A DNA stretch of 64,000 nt from an uncultured Chloroflexia bacterium (GTDB taxonomy: Bacteria > Chloroflexota > Limnocylindria > Limnocylindrales > CSP1-4). The notes beneath the pieces were generated by a model. It did no database searches. It had not been told where the DNA came from and saw only the letters and a list, made by a program, of their open reading frames with translations. Shown in pieces: positions 53,704 through 62,570 of the stretch. Position numbers and translations under genes: made by a program. The DNA is taken from assembly GCA_963763775.1 (NCBI GenBank), contig CAVXPZ010000001.1:1408001-1472000 (forward strand), in the 5' to 3' direction. Position 1 is the first letter of the stretch. Each line of letters begins with the position of its first letter.

Positions 53704-55332
53704 TCAGCGCGAGACGCCGGCCTCGTCGACGCCGCACAGGTGGACCGCGACGCCCATCGCGTCGAACATCGCGGCCTTCGCGGCGAGTGCGGTCGGCCGC
53801 CGCCTCGGCACCGTCCGCGTACGCGACCTGGATGTGGTTGGCCCGGTGGCGGGCCATCATCTGGTCGCGCGTGATGCCGTGGAGCACGGCGTGCATGATC
53901 GGCCACTGCGGCGTGGTGGCCTGCCAGCGGCGCTCGGTCTCGGCGGCCGGCAGCTCGACGACCGTGCCCCGACCGATGTCGACGTGGAGCCCGCCGTCCA
54001 TGACGAAGACGCGGCTCCAGACGATCTCGCCGGGCCGGCTGACGCCCTTGATCGTCCCGCCGCCGAGCCCGAAGTACATCGGCGGCTGGCGCTCGCTGAC
54101 GGCGCCGGCATAGCCGCCGACGAGGTGCGCCGGCGGGACGGCGCCGGAGATCTCGAACACCCACACGTAGTCGTCGCCGTACGGCGCGCCCCAGCGCACG
54201 TCGTGGAGCGTGGTCGCCGGGTCGAGACCCAAGCGCCGTCCAGACGCGGTTCGTCACCAGCGCGTCCACCGCGGACCCCTCGTCGACCTCGTTGAAGTGC
54301 GGCAACGGCCGGCCTTCGTACAGCACCGCGGCCGCCGTCGGCGGCGCGGACCGGCGGCCGGTCGGCGTCGTTGAGCAGGCCCTCGGCCAGGTCCGACGCC
54401 GGCGCCATGTCCTTGAGGCCCTGCTGGTACTGGATGCCGATCGCGTCGCAGCCGAACCGGTCCGCGATCCGCACCGCGGCGGTGTACAGCCGCAGCTGGT
54501 CGAGCACCTGGTCCTCGGTCAGCTCGGTGGCGCCGTCCTTCCCGAATCGGAACGTCATGCCGCGGTCGAGCAGCCACCGGTAGGCGGCGCGTGCCTCGCC
54601 GTCGCTCGACCAGCCGCATCTCGGCGACGAGCGCGGACTGGCTGAGCCGCTCCTTGTAGAGGCCCATCGGGTTGAGGTACTCGTCGTCGATGATCGCGTT
54701 GTACATCCCCATGCAGCCTTCGTCGAAGACGCCGAGGATGGCCATACCCGCCGCGAGCTCGCCGGCCAGGCGCCGCCCGAGCGCCGCCGCGTCCGCATCG
54801 CAGGGCGGCGCCGTCCGAGGTCGCGGACGTGCGACGTGTCGTGCTCGATCGTGCCGGTGCGGATCCAGCGGTCCGATCGCGTCGTCCGCGAAGTCGTCGG
54901 TGAGGTCCTCGCTCCAGATCGAGCTGTAGGCGCGGCCCATCTTGGTGAGCGACGCGTTGATGTTGAGCATCCCGACGAGGCCGGGCCACTCGCCGCTCCA
55001 GTTCGCGACGGTCAGGATCGGCCCGCGGTGGCGACGCAGGCCGGCGCAGCACGTGGTGGCTGTACTGCCAGACCGCCTCGGCGACGATCAGCGGCGCGTC
55101 CCGGTCGATCGAGCCGAACACGTCCATGCCCATCCGCTGGCTCGAGATGAACCCGTGGCCGGTCGCCGCGTCGACCGGGATGCCCGCGCCGGACGGTGAC
55201 GCCGTGGCGCGCGAAGGCCGTCTCGACGTGGCCCTCCAGCTCGGCCTGCGCCGGCCAGCCAAGCCGATTGGCGGTCTCGCGCAGGTCGCCGCTGGCGACG
55301 AGGACGGCGTCCCGGATCTGGCGGTCGGTCAC
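53704..55332 (-). CDS. fucose-isomerase-like protein (many frameshifts; possibly pseudogene)
   Basis: Fragments [77 protein letters not shown] across several frames. Confidence 0.7.
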
Positions 55333-55353
55333 GGGTCGCCCTCCTCGATGGTG

Positions 55354-56682
55354 TCAGCGCGCGGCGGTCGCCTTCGTGCGGGCGGCCTTGCGCGCCGCAT
55401 TCGCCGTCGCCTCGGTCTCGACGTCATCGCCCTCACCGGGCGTCGGCGATCCATCGTAGCGCTCGCGCACGATGCGCTCGCTCCAGGTCGACTCGCCGGC
55501 GTAGCGATCGGCGACCATCTGGTCGAAGGCGTGGACCGAGGACTCCTGGTTCGAGTACCGGCCGGCGACCCATGACGACGACCGCGTCCCCTGCTGCTGG
55601 AGCTCGCAGACGTGCCAGTCCTGCTGGTTGGTCAGGTCCCAGAACGCGATCGCGTCCGACGGGTCGAAGCCCGGCATCGCGATGGTCGACGCCTCGAAGA
55701 GCCAGTCGCAGACGATGGTCGTCCGGTCCGGGCCCTGCGGGACGAGGCGGTGGACGAGCAGGTAGTCCGGGTGGATCGAGAGGAAGGCCATCGGCCACAG
55801 GACGAAGTAGTAGATGCGTCGCTCGTCGAGCGGCGTGATGCCGCGCATCGACGGGCGGCCGTTGGCCGAGCCGTGGCCCGCCTCGGCACCGAGCGACATC
55901 GTCTCGGCCGTCTCCACGAGCTCGTTCCAGCCGCCCTGCCATGCCCCGTTCGGGTCGAAGTCGCCCCCGAGGTCGTACGGCGTCAGGCGGTTCAGCTGCG
56001 GATGGACGCCCGGGCAGTGGTAGCACTCGGAGTAGTTCTCGGCGATGAACTTCCAGTTCGCCTTGACGTCGTACTCGACGCGCTTCGCCGAGCGTAGCGA
56101 GGTGAAATCGAACCGGTCCCAGAGGTCGACGAGGTCGCCGAGCTGCGCCGCGAGCGGTGCCGCCTCGGGATCGAGGTTCAGGAAGATGAACCCCTGCCAC
56201 GTCTCGAGCCGGATGGGCGCGAGCCCGAACTGCTCGAACGAGAAGTCCTCGAGGTCCTCGGTGTGCTTGGCCCGGATCAGGGAGCCATCGAGGTCGTAGA
56301 TCCAGGCGTGGTACGGGCACTGGAACCGGACGACCTTGCCGCACGCCTCCTCGGCGACGGCGGTGCCGCGGTGCCGACAGACGTTGAAGAACGCCCGGAG
56401 CACCTGGTCGCGGCCGCGCACGACGATGACGTTCTCGCCGTCGAGCTCGACCAGGGTGTAGGTCCCCGGATCCCGGACCTCCTCCTCGCGGGCGACCATC
56501 ACCCAGTCCTGGCGCAGGACGTGCTGCCGCTCCCAGTCGAAGATCGCCGGGTCGTGATAGGTGCGCTTGGGCAGCAGCGAGGCGGCGCGGTACTCGCGCC
56601 GGACGGTCGCGAGCTCGTCGGCGGTGATCGGCGCAGCGGCGCCCGTGGTGATCGGCGCAGCGGCGCCCGTGGTCGGGGTCAA
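55354..56682 (-). CDS. Rieske non-heme iron oxygenase alpha subunit (choline monooxygenase/GbcA-like group)
   Basis: NVCRHRG..CPYHAW; NWKFIAENYSECYHCPGVHP; QQDWHVCE. Confidence 0.9.
   Translation of the reverse strand: MTPTTGAAAPITTGAAAPITADELATVRREYRAASLLPKRTYHDPAIFDWERQHVLRQDWVMVAREEEVRDPGTYTLVELDGENVIVVRGRDQVLRAFFNVCRHRGTAVAEEACGKVVRFQCPYHAWIYDLDGSLIRAKHTEDLEDFSFEQFGLAPIRLETWQGFIFLNLDPEAAPLAAQLGDLVDLWDRFDFTSLRSAKRVEYDVKANWKFIAENYSECYHCPGVHPQLNRLTPYDLGGDFDPNGAWQGGWNELVETAETMSLGAEAGHGSANGRPSMRGITPLDERRIYYFVLWPMAFLSIHPDYLLVHRLVPQGPDRTTIVCDWLFEASTIAMPGFDPSDAIAFWDLTNQQDWHVCELQQQGTRSSSWVAGRYSNQESSVHAFDQMVADRYAGESTWSERIVRERYDGSPTPGEGDDVETEATANAARKAARTKATAAR
56623..56673. repeat. perfect 24-bp tandem duplication (TTGAAAPI x2) at the Rieske N-terminus
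   Basis: GGTGATCGGCGCAGCGGCGCCCGT twice. Confidence 0.9.
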
Positions 56683-56732
56683 GGGAGGAACCTCCGGTCT
56701 GACCCCCGGCACCGAAGCCGGGGGTCGGTGCT

Positions 56733-57905
56733 TCAGCCGAGCGGGACGGCCTTCTTGGGGTCGAGGAACGGGATCGCCGCCGAGCGCGCCGGGTAGTGGC
56801 CGCCGTCGGGGGCGACGATCTCGAGGGGCGTGCCCGGCTCGGCCAGGCCGATGGGCAGCCATACGTAGCCGATGTTCTTCTTGAGCCGAGGCGACCAGAT
56901 GAGGTCGGTCACGGTGCCCACCGGCTTGCCGTCGTGGAGCGCGTCGCACTTGCGAGAGAGCTCGAACGGGTAGGCGTCTCCCTCGGCCTCGATGCCGACG
57001 AGCTTGCGGTCGACGCCCTTGACCCGGATCTCCTCGAGCGCCGCCTTGCCGATGTAGTCCGCGTCCTGCGTCTCGACGAGCCGCTCGAGGCCCATGACGT
57101 GGAACGGCGTGTCCTTGATGGTGATGTCCGAGCCGTAGTTGAAGATGCCGGCCTCGATGCGGCGCGCCTCGCACGGCGCGATCGGGCGGATCTTGTGCGG
57201 TTTGCCGGCTTCCATGACGCGGTCCCACAGGTCGCCGCCACGGGACGGGTCGCGCAGGTAGATCTCGTAGCCGACCTCGCCGGTCCAGCCGGTTCGGCTG
57301 ATGACGACGGGGATCCCGTCGACCTCGGTCGTGAGCGTCCAGTAGTACTTGATCTCGTCGATGGCCGGGCCGAAGATCGTCCGCATCGTGTCGCGGGACT
57401 TCGGCCCCTGGACCTGGATCGGGTAGACCTCGGGCTCACGGACCGTCACGTCGAGGCCGCTATGGACCGCGACGCCGCGCGCCCACAGGCCCGCGTCGGA
57501 GTCGGCCAGCGCCATCCACCAGCGGTTCTCCTCGATGCGCAGGAGGACCGGGTCGTTGACGATGCCGCCGTCCTCGGCCGTCACCAGCATGTACTTGCCC
57601 TGGCCGACCGCGCACTTGGTCAGGTCGCGCGAGGTCAGCGAGTTCGTGAACGCCGACGCGTCGGGCCCGGTGATCTCGACGATGCGCTCGACCGAGACGT
57701 CCCAGACCGTCACGTCGTTGAGCAGCGCCCAGTACTCCTCGACCGGGTCCGCGTAGTAGCCCGGGAGGTACATGTGGTTGTAGATGTCGTACGCGCTGCA
57801 CCCGGCCTCGAGGGTCTTCTCGAAGAACGGCGACCGCCGATACCACGGCCCGAAATACAGGGTGGACGCGGCTGTGGTCACGGGCGTCGGGTTGGTCTCG
57901 GGCAT
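56733..57905 (-). CDS. GcvT-family THF-dependent demethylase, DmdA-like
   Basis: RRSPF..YNHMYLP..VWDVSVER..NDPV..VQGP..SRTGW..RIEAG; RBS AGGAGG. Confidence 0.85.
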   Translation of the reverse strand: MPETNPTPVTTAASTLYFGPWYRRSPFFEKTLEAGCSAYDIYNHMYLPGYYADPVEEYWALLNDVTVWDVSVERIVEITGPDASAFTNSLTSRDLTKCAVGQGKYMLVTAEDGGIVNDPVLLRIEENRWWMALADSDAGLWARGVAVHSGLDVTVREPEVYPIQVQGPKSRDTMRTIFGPAIDEIKYYWTLTTEVDGIPVVISRTGWTGEVGYEIYLRDPSRGGDLWDRVMEAGKPHKIRPIAPCEARRIEAGIFNYGSDITIKDTPFHVMGLERLVETQDADYIGKAALEEIRVKGVDRKLVGIEAEGDAYPFELSRKCDALHDGKPVGTVTDLIWSPRLKKNIGYVWLPIGLAEPGTPLEIVAPDGGHYPARSAAIPFLDPKKAVPLG

Positions 57906-58051
57906 CGCGGTTCGACCTCCTGGCTGGGTTCCGCGATGGTCGGGCATGGGATTCCTATTGCCTCTCACGTTCCATCAGGCGGACCACCATCGCACCGGAC
58001 GCGACGTCGTCGACCACGGTTCGGGGGCGGCCATGGCCGTTCGCAGCCACC

Positions 58052-58253
58052 CCGGACGGATCTCTGCCAGATGCCAACCAGGCCGGCCAACGGCAACGGA
58101 TCGGTCTCGGATCACGCGGAACGACGCCCGACCTGCGCGACCAAGGCCTCCTTCCCGCGGATCCTGAGCGTGGACTCGATGGCGTCGGCACGGACGCGCC
58201 TCCGGGCCGGCGACTCCGGCTGTCCTGGTTGGCAGATGGCAGGATCCCACCGG
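58052..58253. repeat. about 200-bp element bounded by about 30-bp imperfect inverted repeats
   Basis: CCGG..GGATCTCTGCCAGATGCCAACCAGG ... CCTGGTTGGCAGATGGCAGGATCC..CCGG. Confidence 0.65.
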
Positions 58254-58279
58254 ATCGGCGAAGGATCGGCCTTCAGGGC

Positions 58280-58879
58280 TCAGTCGACCGCGAGGGTGCC
58301 GGGCGCCAGGCCGAGCTCGACCTCGGCCGCGCCGGTCGCCCAGGCCACCACGTCCGCGCGCGAGATCGTCGTGCCGTGGGCGACCACCTGGAGCGCGAGC
58401 CCGTCGAGCAACGACAGGATCCGCCACGCCGCGCCGGCAGGGTCGCTGCACCGGAACATCGCGGTCGCGACGCCGTCCCGCACCGTCCCCTCGAGCAGTC
58501 GCTGCCACTCGAGGTTGAGCGTGCGAGAGATGGCCTGGATCGCCGGCCGCCGCGCGGCCTCCGCCCAGGCGTCGAGCCACAGCTGGAACGCCCAGTCCTT
58601 GTCCGCCGGGGTATACGTCTGGAAGAAGAGGCGCAGCGCCTCGACCGGGTCGCCCGCCTCCCCCATCGACCGCGCCGAGATCGCGAGGTCCTGCCGGGCG
58701 ACGCGCTCGAACGCCGCAGCCAGGACCTCGTCCATGGAGTCGAAGTAGTGGTGGATCAGCCCGCTCGACGTGCCCATCTCGGCCGCGACGTCGCGCACGG
58801 TGGTGGACGCCAGGCCCTTGCGGACCGCGACGTCCAGGGCGGCGCTGACGATCGCGTCGCGTCGTCGGTCTGGGGCCAT
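58280..58879 (-). CDS. TetR family regulator (BetI-like C-terminus)
   Basis: RRDAIVSAAL..TTVRDVAAEMGTSSGLIHHYF; LWLDAWAEA; LLDGLALQ. Confidence 0.9.
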   Translation of the reverse strand: MAPDRRRDAIVSAALDVAVRKGLASTTVRDVAAEMGTSSGLIHHYFDSMDEVLAAAFERVARQDLAISARSMGEAGDPVEALRLFFQTYTPADKDWAFQLWLDAWAEAARRPAIQAISRTLNLEWQRLLEGTVRDGVATAMFRCSDPAGAAWRILSLLDGLALQVVAHGTTISRADVVAWATGAAEVELGLAPGTLAVD

Positions 58880-58926
58880 CCGGGTTCGGGTGTGCGTCGC
58901 GATGCCGGTCACGCCCGCAGGGTAGA

Positions 58927-58961
58927 ACGATATTGCGCACACGTCCAACAACGGCTATCGT
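58927..58961. promoter_or_regulatory. overlapping divergent promoters with imperfect palindrome (putative TetR operator)
   Basis: TTGCGC-N17-TATCGT on +; TATCGT on -; TTGCGCACACGTCCAA at 58933-58948. Confidence 0.5.
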
Positions 58962-59000
58962 GGCCGCTCGGCGTAGCCACCGATGGAGAGGCGCGAGCGC

Positions 59001-60200
59001 ATGATCCGGACGACCCCGTTCCACGAGCGCACCTCGGCGCTCAACAAGACGCATCTGTGGAGTCACTGGTCAGGGACGCTGGCCGCCGACCGGTACCAGA
59101 TGTCGGACAAGTTCGAGTACTTCGCGGTCCGCAACGCGGCGGGGCTGTTCGACTCGAGCCCGCTCTACAAGTACCGCATCACCGGCAAGGACGCCGAGGC
59201 GTTCCTGAGCGGCATCCTCGCCCGGGACATCCGGTCCTGCGAGGTCGGCAACGCCCAGTACACGTGCTGGCTCGACGATCGCGGCTTCGTCATCGAGGAC
59301 GGGGTCATCCTCCATCCGCGGTCGGACGAGTACCTGCTGACGTCGGCCGAGCCGAACTTCGCGTACTTCGCGGACCGCATCGGCCGGATGGCTGTCGGGA
59401 TCGAGGAGGTCAGCTCGGATATCGGCACGCTCGCGCTCCAGGGCCCGCGGTCGCGGGCACTCCTCGCGAGGCTGGTCCCCCAGATGGAGCACATCCCCTA
59501 CTTCGGGGTGGCCCACGGCGAGATCGGCGGGGCGGCGGTCACGGTCAGCCGGACCGGCTACAGCGGCGACCTCGGCTACGAGGTCTGGGTCGACGAGCCG
59601 GACGCCCTCCACGTCTGGGACACGATGTGGGACAGCATGGACGGCTACGGCGTCCTGCCCTTCGGGCTCGCGGCGCTCTACATGCTCCGCATCGAGGCCG
59701 GTCTGCTCCTCCTCGACGCCGACTTCGACTCGAGCCGGTTCGCCTGGAACGACGCCCACCGCTCGACGCCGATCGAGCTGGGCTGGGCGTGGATGTTCCG
59801 GGACCTCAAGAACGACGACCGCGCCTTCATCGGCCGCAAGGCGCTCGAGCACGAGATCGCGAACAAGACCTCGCGCTGGGCGATGCGCGGGCTCATCGTG
59901 GACTGGAAGGATTACGACCGGGTCTACAACGAGGCCGGGCTGATCCCGCCCAAGGACCACACGCCGATCGTCGAGGACTGGATGCTCTACGACGAGGACT
60001 ACGAGCGCGTCGGGTACGCGACGAGCTTCATGTACTCGCCGATGCTCCAGCGCCACATCGCCATCGCGAGGGTCCGACCGGACTTCGCGGCGTTCGGCAC
60101 CAAGGTGGACCTGGAGTTCACCGTCGACCACCATTACGAGCGGGTCGCAGCGCATGTCGCCCGGCTGCCGCTCTACAACCCAGAGCGAAAGACGGCCTGA
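59001..60200 (+). CDS. aminomethyltransferase (GcvT-like folate-binding) family protein
   Basis: RTTPFH..EYFAVRNAAGLFDSSPL..EDG..LQGP..SRTGYSGDLGYE..RIEAG. Confidence 0.9.
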   Translation: MIRTTPFHERTSALNKTHLWSHWSGTLAADRYQMSDKFEYFAVRNAAGLFDSSPLYKYRITGKDAEAFLSGILARDIRSCEVGNAQYTCWLDDRGFVIEDGVILHPRSDEYLLTSAEPNFAYFADRIGRMAVGIEEVSSDIGTLALQGPRSRALLARLVPQMEHIPYFGVAHGEIGGAAVTVSRTGYSGDLGYEVWVDEPDALHVWDTMWDSMDGYGVLPFGLAALYMLRIEAGLLLLDADFDSSRFAWNDAHRSTPIELGWAWMFRDLKNDDRAFIGRKALEHEIANKTSRWAMRGLIVDWKDYDRVYNEAGLIPPKDHTPIVEDWMLYDEDYERVGYATSFMYSPMLQRHIAIARVRPDFAAFGTKVDLEFTVDHHYERVAAHVARLPLYNPERKTA

Positions 60201-60201
60201 G

Positions 60202-61908
60202 ATGACGATGACTGCCCCGAAGACCAAGTCCGCCGGCAAGGCCAAGTCGCCCGCGAAGGGCGCCGGCAAGGCCGACCGGTCCACCTCGACCCGCTCGACG
60301 AAGTCGACGTCGAAGGCCGACCGCACCTACGACGCCATCGTCGTCGGGGGCGGGCACAACGGCCTCGTCAACGGCGCCTATCTCGCCAAGGCCGGGCTCA
60401 AGACGCTGATCATCGAGCGCCGCCACCTCGTCGGTGGTGCGGCGATCACCGAGGAACTCCGGCCCGGCTTCTGGTTCACGACGTTCTCGTACGCCCTGAG
60501 CCTGCTGCGACCCGAGATCATCCACGACCTCGAGCTGACCAAGCACGGCTTCATGCCGCTGCTGATGTCGTCGACGTTCGCGCCCGACGGTGAGGGCGAC
60601 TACCTCCTGATGGGCCAGGACCACGGCGAGAACCTGAAGGAGATCGCTCGGCACTCGAAGCACGATGCCGACGCGTACGACCAGTACAGCCACGACATGG
60701 AGATGGTCTGCCAGGCCATCAAGCCGTTGATGGACATGGTCCCGCCCGACATCTTCAGCGACGACCCCGAGGAGCTGATCGCGCTGGCATCGCTCGGTTC
60801 GCGCTTCAAGAAGCTCGACAAGCGGGTGCTCCACAACGCGGTCCGGCTGCTGACCGGCAGCGCGGCCGACTTCCTCGACGACTACTTCGAGGACCCGCTC
60901 CTCAAGGGGTATCTCGCCTCGTCGAGCATCATCGGCACGAAGGTCGGCCCGCGCTCGCAGGGCTCCGGTCTCGTCCTGCTGTACCACTCGATCGGCGAGC
61001 ACGACGGCGAGTTCGGCGCGTGGGCCTTCCACAAGAAGGGCAACGGCGGCTTCACGCAGGTGCTCAAGCGAGCGGCGGAGTCGTTCGGCGCCGAGATCGT
61101 CCTCGAGTCCCCGGTGGACTCGGTCATCACGAAGGACGGCCGCGCGACCGGCGTCGCGCTCAAGGACGGCACCGAGTACTACGCCGACACCGTCGTCAGC
61201 GCTCTCGACCCGCGCCGCACCTTCCTCGAGCTGGTCAACCCGCGGGAACTCCCCGACGACCTCGTCGAGAACATCCAGCGCTTCCGGTTCCAGGGCACGT
61301 CGTCGAAGGTCAACTTCGCGCTCGACGGGCTGCCGCAGTACGGCGACCTCGACGGCAGCCAGTTCCGCGGCTTCACGAACATCGGGCCGTCGATGGACTA
61401 CCTCGAGCACGCCTACGACGACGCCAAGTACGGCTGGTACAGCCAGAACCCGTACATCGACATGGCGATCCAGTCGACGATCGACGCCGACATGGCGCCT
61501 CCCGGCAAGCACGTCCTGTCGTGCTTCATCCAGTACACGCCGTACCAGCTGCGCGAGAGCGACTGGGACACCGAGAAGGACAACCTCGGCGACACCGTGC
61601 AGCGGACGCTCGAGAAGTTCTTCCCGGGCTTCGGCAACCTGGTCTTGCAGCGCGAGGTGGTCACGCCGCTCCACATCGAGCGGACCGTGGGCCTGAGCGA
61701 GGGCAACATCTTCGCGGGTGAGTTCTTCGCCCCGCAGATGTTCTTCTTCCGCCCGGCCCCCGGCTGGTCGCAGTACCGGACCCCGATCGACGGCTACTAC
61801 CAGTGCGGCTCCGGCACGCACCCCGGTGGTTGCGTGATGGGCGCACCGGGCAAGCTGGCCGCCGGCCAGATCCTCAAGGACCGCGCCAAGGCGAAGCGCC
61901 TCGCCTGA
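60202..61908 (+). CDS. phytoene-desaturase-family FAD oxidoreductase (PYROXD2-like)
   Basis: GGGHNGL..LIIERR..GGAAITEE; APPGKHV; GNIF; GSGTHPGGCVMGAPG. Confidence 0.88.
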   Translation: MTMTAPKTKSAGKAKSPAKGAGKADRSTSTRSTKSTSKADRTYDAIVVGGGHNGLVNGAYLAKAGLKTLIIERRHLVGGAAITEELRPGFWFTTFSYALSLLRPEIIHDLELTKHGFMPLLMSSTFAPDGEGDYLLMGQDHGENLKEIARHSKHDADAYDQYSHDMEMVCQAIKPLMDMVPPDIFSDDPEELIALASLGSRFKKLDKRVLHNAVRLLTGSAADFLDDYFEDPLLKGYLASSSIIGTKVGPRSQGSGLVLLYHSIGEHDGEFGAWAFHKKGNGGFTQVLKRAAESFGAEIVLESPVDSVITKDGRATGVALKDGTEYYADTVVSALDPRRTFLELVNPRELPDDLVENIQRFRFQGTSSKVNFALDGLPQYGDLDGSQFRGFTNIGPSMDYLEHAYDDAKYGWYSQNPYIDMAIQSTIDADMAPPGKHVLSCFIQYTPYQLRESDWDTEKDNLGDTVQRTLEKFFPGFGNLVLQREVVTPLHIERTVGLSEGNIFAGEFFAPQMFFFRPAPGWSQYRTPIDGYYQCGSGTHPGGCVMGAPGKLAAGQILKDRAKAKRLA

Positions 61909-61933
61909 GCGTCCCGTCGAGGCCGGACACAGT

Positions 61934-61966
61934 TCGAGGGCGGCTCGCCAGGCGAGCCGCCCTCGA
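61934..61966. terminator. bidirectional hairpin between convergent genes
   Basis: TCGAGGGCGGCTCGCC-A-GGCGAGCCGCCCTCGA. Confidence 0.7.
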
Positions 61967-61983
61967 TGCTCCCGCGGAACGGG

Positions 61984-62481
61984 CTACTTGATGGGCTCGC
62001 CGTCGGCCCCGACGACGAACCAGATCCCACCGACCCCCTGGCCGTTGGTATCACCGGCGGCCTTGTCGGCGGCGAAGAAGTAGAGCGGGTACTCGCCGGC
62101 CTTGACCTGGTTCCCGCCGTCGGTGCGGGCCACGGTCGCGACCGCGGCGGTGACGCCGTCACCCGCTGACGCCGACCCGGTCACCGTGTAGGCGGGCCAG
62201 TTCGTCGCGCAGTCCTTGTAGCAGGACGGCGTGCCGCCCTGGTCCTTCATGAACATGTAGAGCGTCTTGCCGCTCGGGTCCGTGAGGATCTTGCCGAGCG
62301 CCGAGTCCGCGAGGACCACGGTCGCGCCGGTCGCCGGGGCCGCACTCGGCGCCGCGGCCGACGGGGCTGCCGCGCTGGGGGCCGCCGCGGACGGGGCTGT
62401 GGTCGCGCCCGAGCTCGAGCAGGCGGCGATGACGGCCGTCAGGCCGATGGCGAGGGCGATGAGTCGTGCGTGTGTCCGCAT
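61984..62481 (-). CDS. lipoprotein with Yx(FWY)xxD repeats (COG4315)
   Basis: Lipobox IAAC; GKTLYMFMKD..CYKDCATNWP..PLYFFAAD..NGQGVGGIW. Confidence 0.88.
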   Translation of the reverse strand: MRTHARLIALAIGLTAVIAACSSSGATTAPSAAAPSAAAPSAAAPSAAPATGATVVLADSALGKILTDPSGKTLYMFMKDQGGTPSCYKDCATNWPAYTVTGSASAGDGVTAAVATVARTDGGNQVKAGEYPLYFFAADKAAGDTNGQGVGGIWFVVGADGEPIK

Positions 62482-62570
62482 CCCGATGGTTCCTCCTGGT
62501 GGTTGGCCGTCCCACCCCCGACTACGCTCGGTCGGGTCCCATCGGTTTCCGGCGGTCGCGCGGACCGCGC

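Noticed and set aside
57906-58279. Glycine, SAM or THF riboswitch upstream of the T-protein gene
   Set aside because: Could not find the conserved cores of these riboswitches on the minus strand
60202-61908. Carotenoid biosynthesis (crtI/crtO) call
   Set aside because: No crtB/crtE context; tightly linked to a T-protein instead
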